From assembly GCA_902796385.1 (NCBI GenBank), contig CADBOV010000126.1:1-35867 (forward strand): a stretch of DNA of 35,867 bases, written 5' to 3'. Shown one piece after another: positions 27,240-35,652 of the stretch; the stretch's first letter is position 1, and each line of letters starts with the position of its first letter. Source of the stretch: an uncultured Lachnospiraceae bacterium (GTDB taxonomy: Bacteria; Bacillota; Clostridia; Lachnospirales; Lachnospiraceae). Made by a program: the position numbers and the translations under genes. Under the pieces are notes generated by a model. It saw nothing but the letters and a program-made list of their open reading frames with translations, did not search any database and was not told where the DNA came from.

Positions 27240-27314
27240 AGTCTATCATCCGACAGACAAAATAAAAAGTGACCGCAGTCATATCTTCCCTTTTTCGGGT
27301 ATGACCACGGTCAC
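27240..27314 (-). promoter_or_regulatory. Promoter of the ABC operon with two TGAC-N4-GTCA operator boxes
   Basis: Extended -10 TGaTAGACT (27240-27248, minus strand), weak -35 (TTTTTA), and immediately upstream gtgaccgcagtcat (27269-27282) and atgaccacggtcac (27301-27314). Confidence 0.65.
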
Positions 27315-27330
27315 CTTCTTACTCTGCTTC

Positions 27331-28659
27331 TCAGTCAAGCATCAGCGCTTTGATGCATGCGTTGTTGGTATCAAAACCCACGCCCGCTGCCTTCTTTCCT
27401 TCGGGCGTTGTCAGATCGATCCATTTTCCGTCCTTATATATATACGACTGACCGGCTTTCGATTTCGGTCTGTACTCCAGCCTGTCGTCATCTTTTACCG
27501 TCTCCTGCCCCTCCACCGGAGCATCGCTGTCAAAGGTGATCGCCACTGCAAAGTCATTTACCTCGACCGGTTCATCCAGTTCTATTGCCTGGTATCCTAT
27601 GTGATCGATCATCGCCTCCTGTGTGTATAACACATTTTCCAGTTTTGCATCATAAATCTCAATCTTGATCTTCTCATTTCTCCCGTAAGAATAGGTCCCG
27701 ACCGCACCCAGTTTTCCGGAATCATGAAATACATTTGCCATTTTTGTATTCTTCCCGAAGAAGGATTTCATATGGCCTTTAGTTTCCGCCATCCCCGCCC
27801 AGAGTGCGTCCTCCTCGTCCAAAGACCAGCCTGTATCGTACGCAAGTACTCTCTTATACTTTTCCGTAACGGACATACCAAATGCAAAAAACAGCTCTAC
27901 AGAATAAGAAATATAGTAGAGTTGATTTCCCAGATTGCTGTTATATGCGATCCATGCCCCGTCAACGGTTGCGGGAGTTGTAAAATAATCCTTCGGAAAA
28001 TGATCATCCCATCCGATGATCGTCACCGTATGGTCATAGTCATCTATATCCTTGGTCGGCTGGTTGATCGTATAATACCCATGAACAAGATGTTTATACT
28101 CTGTTTTGTCCGGAACAGAGACGGATAAACCACCATACTCCCGGATATGCTGTTTCACCAGATCCACTTCGCCCGGCAGATAAACCCACATATTATCAAG
28201 CACATAATCACCGATCCCGTTTTCCATTTCAAAGGCCACATGTGGTTCCCATCCACCGAAGTCCAACGGATCCGTGCCTTCCCGAAGCATTATGCCTTCT
28301 TCCTTGTCTTTTGCATATACAGCGTCAACCAGCTCATACGGATCGATGTCGATCACTTTCCCGTTTTTCTTATAATAATGTAACTCCATGGTCGCAGCTG
28401 ATCCATGTACCCAGCAGGTGCCGCCTCTTTGAGTTACAAGCGGGAATTGATATTCATCATATAAGGAGTAATATCCGTCCTCTCCATGCACGTAGGTTTC
28501 CGTTTTCGCCTCCGTTTTGGTCTCGGACATTGCCTCTGTTTTGGCCTCGGACTTCGCCTCAGTTTTTTGCTCTTTATCTGAACCGCAGCCGGTAAAACCG
28601 GCACTTAAGATCAGTGCCACAGCCAGAACAACCGCAAGTTTTCCATGTTTCTTCTTCAT
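27331..28659 (-). CDS. Papain-family (C1A) cysteine protease lipoprotein with probable lectin-like C-terminal domain
   Basis: Lipobox-like FTGC, KTEA linker, QRGGTCW (Gln/Cys), DHTVTIIGWDD (His), GAWIAYNS (Asn); C-terminus resembles the Cwp84-type lectin-like domain (MANVF...GQSY...W.DL...NACIKA). Start placed at the ATG at 28659 after GGAGG. Confidence 0.85.
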   Translation of the reverse strand: MKKKHGKLAVVLAVALILSAGFTGCGSDKEQKTEAKSEAKTEAMSETKTEAKTETYVHGEDGYYSLYDEYQFPLVTQRGGTCWVHGSAATMELHYYKKNGKVIDIDPYELVDAVYAKDKEEGIMLREGTDPLDFGGWEPHVAFEMENGIGDYVLDNMWVYLPGEVDLVKQHIREYGGLSVSVPDKTEYKHLVHGYYTINQPTKDIDDYDHTVTIIGWDDHFPKDYFTTPATVDGAWIAYNSNLGNQLYYISYSVELFFAFGMSVTEKYKRVLAYDTGWSLDEEDALWAGMAETKGHMKSFFGKNTKMANVFHDSGKLGAVGTYSYGRNEKIKIEIYDAKLENVLYTQEAMIDHIGYQAIELDEPVEVNDFAVAITFDSDAPVEGQETVKDDDRLEYRPKSKAGQSYIYKDGKWIDLTTPEGKKAAGVGFDTNNACIKALMLD

Positions 28660-28719
28660 GGTGTACCCTCCATCCTTTATGCTCACATCTTATCATAGTA
28701 TTTTTTAATAATCATTATT

Positions 28720-28738
28720 TTTTAATCAAATTTTAATC
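28720..28738 (+). promoter_or_regulatory. Possible OmpR-type direct repeat in the divergent promoter region
   Basis: ttttaatc at 28720-28727 and 28731-28738 (11-bp period); the context is AT-rich, so chance is possible. Confidence 0.35.
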
Positions 28739-28814
28739 TTTCACAAAGGATGAATTCATTTTTCAGGTTTATATTGTCAATCGTACCGAACAAAAAATAT
28801 AGGAGGATACGAAG

Positions 28815-31298
28815 GTGAAGGTTTTTCTTAAGTACATCTCACACAGCATGTTCGAGAAGAAGGGAAGATTCTTCCTGCTGCTCTTCTCGATCGCTATCAG
28901 CGCCGCGCTTCTGGTCGCCAGCGCAGGCATGGTAGATATCGTCATCGACAGTCTGAATGCACCTTATGAATCCGGTCACATGGCGGATCTGGAGATCGTC
29001 TCCAAAAAAGATGATCCGTTCATGAAGAAGGGAGACATAAAGGAAGACGGTATGAAGGATATCGTTTACCAGTTACAGACCACAGGCGTCATTAATGAAA
29101 ATGACAAGATCAAATATGTATCTCTCGTAGGCCGCACTGCTTACGACGGACAAATGGTTGAGGGAACAGCAGATTTCCTCGGAACTGCGAAGGCTGAGGA
29201 CCGGCCCTCCTGTATCATATCGAAGCGGATCGCCGATGCGATGAAGCTCAGCAAGGGTGATACCCTTACACTTTATCTGGCAGGCGTTGAAACAAAGCTT
29301 CAGGTCACAGCCATAACAGCCGATGAAAAAATGTTCTACTCAGACCGGGCAGAAGCCTTCCATCTGCTTCTCCCTTATGAATACCTGAACGAAAAGATGG
29401 ACGCAGACGGCGGATACAATGTAGTACTTGCAAATGTAACGGAAGGAAACGCAGAGGACTTCGCAAAAAGTTTTAATGAAGCGAATCCTTCCTTCCAGGC
29501 AACTGCTCCGGGTGTAACCGCAATCGGAACCGATTCAATGACAGCAGGCCTTTACTCAATGCTGGCGATCGTAGCAATCGTAAGCGCGATCATCATCCAC
29601 GGAGTATTCAAGCTGATCCTGACAGAAAGAATGTCGGTCATCGGAACATTTATGAGCCAGGGAGCAACCAAGAAGAAGGTAGAGCGGATCATCCTGATGG
29701 AAGGTATGCTTTACGGAATCTTCGGAGGAATCATCGGAGCCATCATCGGTGAAACACTCCTCTTCTTCCTCGGCCGCCTCACATCCCCGCTGGCAGAGTA
29801 CGGAATCTACAATGCATTCTCGATCAATCCGGTCCACATCGTGATCGGCCTGATCTTCGCGATCGTCCTCTGTGTCATCTCCGCATACTTCCCGGTAAGA
29901 TCCATCCGGAAGCTGCAGACAAAGGATGTGATCCTGAATCAGGTGGACAGAACAAAGAAGAACCGTATCGTAAAGCCGATCATCGGAATCGCGCTTCTGG
30001 CTTTTGCGACAACGATCTACTTTATCTATGGAAATGTAAACAGCGTATTTTCTCCCATCGCATTCGTTGCAGCATATGCCGGCGTTGTTCTTCTTGTCCC
30101 GGCTGTAGTCAAGGTGATCACAGGTCTCCTCTGTAAGGCATTCCGGAGTAATACAACACTTTTCCTTACAATGAACAACATCAGAAGCTCCAAGCTTCTC
30201 AGAAACAATATCGTGCTGATCGTTGTTTCACTCTCCTCGGTTCTCATGATCTCTTCCTTCGGAAAGAGCATGACGGCACTGGTAGTAGACGCTTACGATA
30301 AGATGAATTACGAGTTCTCGATCAGTGGGATCATGGAAACAGATCCGCATAAGGCAACAACCGATCAGATCGTTGAAAAAATCAAATCCATTGACGGCGT
30401 AGAAGAATCCGAGGTCAATCCGATCTACTTCAATGAAGGTACCGTGGATGGTTACAATGCGGTCATCACCGGAATCAACCCTGATAACTACGCAGACCTT
30501 CTGGATGAATATTTCAACTTCAAAACCAAACACCGAGAGGAGTTTAAGGCACTGAGGGATTCCACGGATAACGCGATCATTCTTACCAGCAAGGTCGCAA
30601 AGCATACGGGAAAAACCACAGGTGATACCGTTACAATCAATGTAAATTCGCAGGACTTCACCTTCCGGGTCGTAGGCGTATATGACGGAAAGGTCTTCAA
30701 CGGCGGAGTTTCCGTTCTGGTCAGGGATGATGTCTCCAGAGACGTATTCCACATTAAGGAAGCAAGCGAAATTTACATTTCACCCTCCGGGAATCCGGAA
30801 GCTATAGAAAAGGAATTCAAATCCTACCTTGCATCTCTTGGTGCAACATATACAACAAAAGCAGAAGACGCAAAATTGAATGATGAACAGAATCAGATCA
30901 TCGTTTTGATCATGGCAATCTTCTCTTACCTGGCAATGATCATCGCATCCATCGGTGTCTTCAACAACATCACCATCTGCTTCTTCCAGAGAAAACGTGA
31001 GTTTGCTGTCATGGCATCCCTCGGTATGGATCGCAGCAGAAGAAAACGGCTGATCCTTTCAGAGAGCATGATGAGTGTCATCCTGAGCATCCTGATCTCC
31101 ATTCCCTTCGGAATCCTGCTTTCAGGCCTGATGACCGGATTTGCGATCTTCATCGAAATGCCGATGCTGATCACCTTCAGCTGGAGCGCAGTTCCGAAAT
31201 ATGCACTGGTGATCACAGCCATCATCCTGATCGCATCACTCTCAACCATGAGAAAGAGCAAGAAGCTCAGCGTGATCGGCGAACTGAAGTATGAGTAA
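28815..31298 (+). CDS. Large FtsX-like ABC permease with two MacB/FtsX repeats
   Basis: AGGAGG then GTG. Two FtsX signatures (ERMSVIGTFMSQGATKK; QRKREFAVMASLGMDR), two extracellular domains, ends LKYE. Confidence 0.93.
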   Translation: MKVFLKYISHSMFEKKGRFFLLLFSIAISAALLVASAGMVDIVIDSLNAPYESGHMADLEIVSKKDDPFMKKGDIKEDGMKDIVYQLQTTGVINENDKIKYVSLVGRTAYDGQMVEGTADFLGTAKAEDRPSCIISKRIADAMKLSKGDTLTLYLAGVETKLQVTAITADEKMFYSDRAEAFHLLLPYEYLNEKMDADGGYNVVLANVTEGNAEDFAKSFNEANPSFQATAPGVTAIGTDSMTAGLYSMLAIVAIVSAIIIHGVFKLILTERMSVIGTFMSQGATKKKVERIILMEGMLYGIFGGIIGAIIGETLLFFLGRLTSPLAEYGIYNAFSINPVHIVIGLIFAIVLCVISAYFPVRSIRKLQTKDVILNQVDRTKKNRIVKPIIGIALLAFATTIYFIYGNVNSVFSPIAFVAAYAGVVLLVPAVVKVITGLLCKAFRSNTTLFLTMNNIRSSKLLRNNIVLIVVSLSSVLMISSFGKSMTALVVDAYDKMNYEFSISGIMETDPHKATTDQIVEKIKSIDGVEESEVNPIYFNEGTVDGYNAVITGINPDNYADLLDEYFNFKTKHREEFKALRDSTDNAIILTSKVAKHTGKTTGDTVTINVNSQDFTFRVVGVYDGKVFNGGVSVLVRDDVSRDVFHIKEASEIYISPSGNPEAIEKEFKSYLASLGATYTTKAEDAKLNDEQNQIIVLIMAIFSYLAMIIASIGVFNNITICFFQRKREFAVMASLGMDRSRRKRLILSESMMSVILSILISIPFGILLSGLMTGFAIFIEMPMLITFSWSAVPKYALVITAIILIASLSTMRKSKKLSVIGELKYE

Positions 31299-31365
31299 AC
31301 AATACGAATCAACAGTATGAATAAATAACAAACAGATCATTTAATCAAAAACGGAGGATTATAAA

Positions 31366-32064
31366 ATGAGTGCAATCGTAGTAAAAAATGTAAATAGATC
31401 TTTCACAAACGGAAAGCAGACAACCGATGTATTAAAGAATATCAATCTTAAGGTAGAACAAGGCGACTTCGTATCCATCATGGGGCCTTCCGGAAGCGGA
31501 AAATCCACACTGCTCTATCTGCTGGGCGGTCTGGACCAGCCCTCATCCGGAAGTGTCTCCATCAACGGAACTGACCTGGGATCCCTCTCCGATAAGCAGC
31601 TGTGCCGTATGCGGAATCACGAGATCGGCTTTGTATTCCAGTTCTACAATCTGGTTCCGAACCTGAGTGTAGAAGATAATATAGCCCTCCCTCTCAGCCT
31701 TGCAGGCGAGAAGCTGAGCGATCACAAGGATCGCATCGAGGAATGCCTGGAGCTCATCGGTCTTAAGGACAAGAGAAAGCTCACACCGAGAGAATTATCC
31801 GGTGGACAGCAGCAGCGTGTAGCCATCGCACGCGCACTGGTTTTCGATCCGGATATCCTCTTCCTCGATGAGCCCATCGGAAACCTGGATTCCAAGAACG
31901 GAACCAAGCTGATGGAGCTGTTCCAGAAGATCAACCGGGAATATGGCAAGACCATCATCCAGGTAACACACTCGGAAGAGTCCGCACATTACGGTACAAA
32001 GCTGATCCGTATCGTGGACGGCGAGATTGCTTCTCTCCGCGCCTTCAACAAAAAGGCAGTTTAA
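31366..32064 (+). CDS. ABC transporter ATP-binding protein (LolD/MacB-like)
   Basis: GPSGSGKST, IGFVFQFYNL, LSGGQQQRVAIARA, LFLDEPIGNLD, VTHS. GGAGG RBS. Confidence 0.96.
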   Translation: MSAIVVKNVNRSFTNGKQTTDVLKNINLKVEQGDFVSIMGPSGSGKSTLLYLLGGLDQPSSGSVSINGTDLGSLSDKQLCRMRNHEIGFVFQFYNLVPNLSVEDNIALPLSLAGEKLSDHKDRIEECLELIGLKDKRKLTPRELSGGQQQRVAIARALVFDPDILFLDEPIGNLDSKNGTKLMELFQKINREYGKTIIQVTHSEESAHYGTKLIRIVDGEIASLRAFNKKAV

Positions 32065-32102
32065 ACCATGAAGAATATACGGCGTATTGAATCTAACCTA
32101 TG

Positions 32103-32160
32103 AAAAAACAGTTCCGGTTGATACAGATTCGTTCTGTACCACCGGAACTGTTTTTATTTT
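32103..32160. terminator. Bidirectional intrinsic terminator between convergent genes
   Basis: Outer stem aaaaacagttccggt/accggaactgttttt, inner stem tacaga/tctgta, A-tract before and T-tract after. Confidence 0.85.
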
Positions 32161-33252
32161 CTATATCGAAGGATCATTCTCCGGCTGTACCGGATCGGCA
32201 CTCTGCGCAGGCTGATCATATCCCTGCTGTATCTGATCAAACATCTGCTGAGCCATATCGTCAATCTGCTGCGGTTGACTATCTGCCTGCTGCGGCTGGT
32301 CGTACGTCTGCTGTGGCTGACTGTATGCCTGCTGCGGCTGGCCGTACGTCTGCTGCGGCTGGCTGTATGCCTGCTGTGGCTGGCCGTATGCCTGTTGCAT
32401 CGCTCCGGCACTCATCCCCGGCTGACCGTATCCCTGGTGCATCTGTCCAAAACTCTGCCCCGGCTGACCGTATGTCTGCTGCGGCACGCCGTACCGCACC
32501 ATCCCGTTCTGAAGATCACGGTTGAACGGTGCATAACTGTTTGCATTTGCTGCCGGGACTCCGTACATTGCCGGTCTTGCGCCCGTGGACGGCTGCTTCG
32601 AAAGCATAAAAACATAGACTCCGATGGTTATCTGGGCACAAACATACACAATGATATACGCCGTTGTCAGTTTCTGGAATCCCAGCGAAGCCCCGAACCT
32701 TGCTCTCGATGAATCCAGGACCGTCAACATTAATATCAGCGCTCCGGAAGTTACGATGGTTCCGTTCAGCCACCTTCCGGCCCTTCCGGTTCTGTCAAAT
32801 ACCCTGAGGCAGACTCCGGTGGCGATGGATGCCGAATAGAACACGAGCACTGACAGAACAGATGCTATATACCGGTACTCCTTCAGCCCTTCCAGATAGG
32901 AATCTTCATAAACTATGTAGTATGACACCTCACAGATAAGTGCTTCCAGAATGTAGCTGCTTCCGAATAAAATGAGCATAACTCCCGCCTGGGGAAGCCG
33001 GTCCATCAGGAGGTATATCGCAGCGATCAGCAGCAGCAATGCATTTACACTTTGCAGCACACACATTACGATCATCAAAAATCTCAGTGTGGATAACGAC
33101 GGATTTCTTGCAAGCAGTTCACGATGTTCAAAAAAGTCTTTCCACTGATCCACACAGACGATCGTGACGAAAACCGCCAACGCGATACAAAGAAGTCCTG
33201 CCAGGATATTCAGGTAAAGTGGTTTTCTGTTCATAAGCATCTCCTTCCCCAT
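32161..33252 (-). CDS. Hypothetical multi-TM membrane protein with Gln-rich repeat tail
   Basis: About six hydrophobic segments, then Y(G/S/D)QPQQ(T/A) heptads. The start may be the ATG at 33234 or 33240 (GGGAAGGAG upstream). Confidence 0.8.
   Translation of the reverse strand: MGKEMLMNRKPLYLNILAGLLCIALAVFVTIVCVDQWKDFFEHRELLARNPSLSTLRFLMIVMCVLQSVNALLLLIAAIYLLMDRLPQAGVMLILFGSSYILEALICEVSYYIVYEDSYLEGLKEYRYIASVLSVLVFYSASIATGVCLRVFDRTGRAGRWLNGTIVTSGALILMLTVLDSSRARFGASLGFQKLTTAYIIVYVCAQITIGVYVFMLSKQPSTGARPAMYGVPAANANSYAPFNRDLQNGMVRYGVPQQTYGQPGQSFGQMHQGYGQPGMSAGAMQQAYGQPQQAYSQPQQTYGQPQQAYSQPQQTYDQPQQADSQPQQIDDMAQQMFDQIQQGYDQPAQSADPVQPENDPSI
32270..32480. repeat. Intragenic 21-bp repeats encoding YGQPQQ(T/A)
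   Basis: QQAYGQP QQAYSQP QQTYGQP QQAYSQP QQTYDQP QQADSQP, with degenerate flanking copies. Confidence 0.88.
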
Positions 33253-33363
33253 TCAGACCACGAACCTATGATCAAATTCTTGTTCACACGATGGTTCCCC
33301 ATCAATAAAAATGTATCACAAATCATTTTCCGTCACAAGAAAAAAACCATGAGAAAAGCAAGC

Positions 33364-33395
33364 GAAAAACGGACAGCCGGGGCCATCCGTTTTTC
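33364..33395 (-). terminator. Probable terminator after the zinc-ribbon gene
   Basis: Minus strand GAAAAACGGATGGCC-cc-GGCTGTCCGTTTTTC hairpin, 28 nt after the stop. Confidence 0.65.
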
Positions 33396-33423
33396 ATATG
33401 ATCATTCACTTCATCGGATCGGT

Positions 33424-34173
33424 TTATACGTGATCCAGTGCATCTTCAAGGAAATTAACTCCTATATTGCAATGCCACTTTCCATTCTCTTTATAGCATA
33501 AGTATGTGTCGTTTTTATCCTTAACCTTTCCGTTTTTGGAATAAACCAGCTTTGTTTCGAACAGAACAATCTGCTCTGCATTTTCAGCTTCTGTCACGTA
33601 ATTTCTGTAAAGATCCAGGTCACCTTCTCTGATATCCGTAATCTCATAATCGATCAGGTCCATCTCATAACCAAAGGTGTTGTAGTAATCCTTCGCCCAG
33701 GAACGAACATCGTCCGGAGTCGCAAACATCTTTGTTTCGGATGAGTAGCTCATCTTGTTGAGCAGATACTCGTCTGTTACGGAACCTGTAAGTGTTCCCC
33801 AGTCCTCATCTTCCCATGCATCCAGAGCAACCTTGACTGCAGCTTCGGCTGTGTTGTATCCGTCCTTCGGATTTGTGTGGAAGATAAAGATAAGCGCGAT
33901 GATAACTGCAAGGACTGAACCTGCGATGATACCGGTTTTCTTAAGCTTCTGTTTATCTGAAATGATCCCGGAAACGAATCCCTTAACCTTCTGAATAAAT
34001 ACGTTCACGCCGTCCGGAAGCTGTACCGTCTTCTGTGCCGGCTGCTGTACCGTCTGGTACTCCTGGTACTGCTCATTCTGATAAGTATCGATCTGCTGTG
34101 TGTAGTCATATCCACAATGCGGACATACTGTAGTTCCCTCTGTGATCTCGTTCTGGCAATAAATACACTTCAT
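33424..34173 (-). CDS. Zinc-ribbon, single-TM membrane protein with an extracellular (possibly NTF2-like) domain
   Basis: MKCIYCQ...VCPHCG zinc ribbon, Q/Y-rich linker, TM (IIAGSVLAVIIALIFIF), C-terminal domain ending YLCYKENGKWH. AGGAGG RBS. Confidence 0.85.
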   Translation of the reverse strand: MKCIYCQNEITEGTTVCPHCGYDYTQQIDTYQNEQYQEYQTVQQPAQKTVQLPDGVNVFIQKVKGFVSGIISDKQKLKKTGIIAGSVLAVIIALIFIFHTNPKDGYNTAEAAVKVALDAWEDEDWGTLTGSVTDEYLLNKMSYSSETKMFATPDDVRSWAKDYYNTFGYEMDLIDYEITDIREGDLDLYRNYVTEAENAEQIVLFETKLVYSKNGKVKDKNDTYLCYKENGKWHCNIGVNFLEDALDHV

Positions 34174-34289
34174 AGTTTTTTCCTCCTTTTTTTGAACCCG
34201 TTCGGTTCCTGCTTTGTTTTACTTTCTGAGCTGAGTATAGCAACGTATGAAAAAACTATTTTTGCACAGTTTTTGATCAGCAAAAAAGG

Positions 34290-34342
34290 GTGAGTGGACA
34301 GGGACGGTTCTGGTTTAACCAGAACCGTCCCTGTCCACTCAC
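34290..34342. repeat. 53-bp perfect palindrome, REP-like
   Basis: gtgagtggacagggacggttctggtt-t-aaccagaaccgtccctgtccactcac: 26-bp arms that are exact reverse complements with a 1-nt centre. Confidence 0.9.
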
Positions 34343-34357
34343 ACCCCCCGGTTCCCG

Positions 34358-35566
34358 TTATTCCGTTTTCTTATCATCCGCATCAAGATCCATCGGCTGG
34401 AAGAAATCCTTCAGGGGATCCAGATCCACATCCTGCTTTCCGTATCCCTGGTTTCTTCCGTACTCCTGTAATGCTTCAAATGTACCGAGGGAAACCGTTT
34501 CCTTCGAAGATTCCGTTTGATTTCCGTCACCCTCGTTCTTCACCGGCATCTCGATCTTTCTCTCAGCGCTCTCATCCTTCTTCGGCATCTCGATCTTTCT
34601 TTCTGCCTGCTGTGCGCCGTAACCCTGCTGCGCCGGATTCATCTGCTGTGCTCCGTAACCCTGCTGCGCCGGATTCATCTGCTGTGCTCCGTAAGCCTGC
34701 TGTGCTCCGAAGGCCATGGCACCGAAGCCCGGCCGGACGCCGGCTCTCTGCTGTGCGCCGTAACCCTGCGCGCCATATCCCTGCTGTGCGCCGTAACCCT
34801 GCGCGCCATATCCCGGTCCGTTCGGACGCTGCGGATATCCGAAAGGAGCAGCCGGAACCACATTCGGTCCGGAGGATCTTGCTTCTGCCAGAACTCCTGC
34901 CTCTTCCACAGATTTAAAGTGAAGACCTGAGAAGAGAAGGATGAGGAACGGTAATGAAATTCTCGTAACCTGGAGCCAGGTTTCCGAATCTGTTGTGGAA
35001 AGAAGCCCTAAGGGGGACTTTCCCAATCCCATAGCCGCAATGATCAGGAATCCAATAGCCGCAAGATAGGTAAGCAGACCCTGCAACCAGTTCGTCCCGC
35101 CTCTGGTGGGTTCTTCTTCCGCTTTCTTTGCATATACTCCGGCAAGAATATAGCATAAGCCAAAACAAAGCATTGACCCATAGACCAGAATGTACGGCCA
35201 GCGAAGAAGTTCCTTTACCATATAGGAACTGTATATTGTCCCGCTTGCCATTGAGAAAAAGTATTCAACCACCACAAAATACATCACGATGGTTGCAATC
35301 CCCAGCAGCATCATCCCCTTGGAATACAGATCATTTTTCTGCATCAGAATAAAGAGACCGGATGCAGCCATAAGAGCAACGGTTGCCCCAAGTGCAATGG
35401 CCGCTGCCCAGATCTGCCAGGGCACCGATACACCATATTGCTTGTACTTGTTCATTTCATGGATTGCTTTCATCATATCGATAAAGTTGATCACATCCAT
35501 GATGGCAGCTGCGATCAGAAAGATCCCTGCAGCTGTATTGTAAGATTTCTGGTTGTTGTTTGGCAT
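34358..35566 (-). CDS. Hypothetical multi-TM membrane protein with G/Q/Y-rich repeat tail
   Basis: About six TM segments, then GYGAQ repeats, QQMNPAQQGYGA twice, ERKIEMP twice and an acidic end. GAAGGAG/AAGGGG RBS. Confidence 0.82.
   Translation of the reverse strand: MPNNNQKSYNTAAGIFLIAAAIMDVINFIDMMKAIHEMNKYKQYGVSVPWQIWAAAIALGATVALMAASGLFILMQKNDLYSKGMMLLGIATIVMYFVVVEYFFSMASGTIYSSYMVKELLRWPYILVYGSMLCFGLCYILAGVYAKKAEEEPTRGGTNWLQGLLTYLAAIGFLIIAAMGLGKSPLGLLSTTDSETWLQVTRISLPFLILLFSGLHFKSVEEAGVLAEARSSGPNVVPAAPFGYPQRPNGPGYGAQGYGAQQGYGAQGYGAQQRAGVRPGFGAMAFGAQQAYGAQQMNPAQQGYGAQQMNPAQQGYGAQQAERKIEMPKKDESAERKIEMPVKNEGDGNQTESSKETVSLGTFEALQEYGRNQGYGKQDVDLDPLKDFFQPMDLDADDKKTE
34545..34812. repeat. Nested intragenic repeats (36-bp YGAQQMNPAQQG, GYGAQ units, ERKIEMP twice)
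   Basis: ccgtaaccctgctgcgccggattcatctgctgtgct occurs twice in tandem near 34617-34690; cggcatctcgatctttct occurs twice between 34544 and 34600. Confidence 0.85.
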
Positions 35567-35652
35567 TCCCCTTCTCCTTCACTATCCTATTCTTATTGTT
35601 CTATCTTGTTTTTCCGTTTCATATGATAAAATGTGTCGCTTTTCCTGTCCTG

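Noticed and set aside
34290-34917. Plus-strand ORFs starting inside the palindrome
   Set aside because: They begin in a non-coding hairpin and run antisense to the repeat-rich membrane protein gene.
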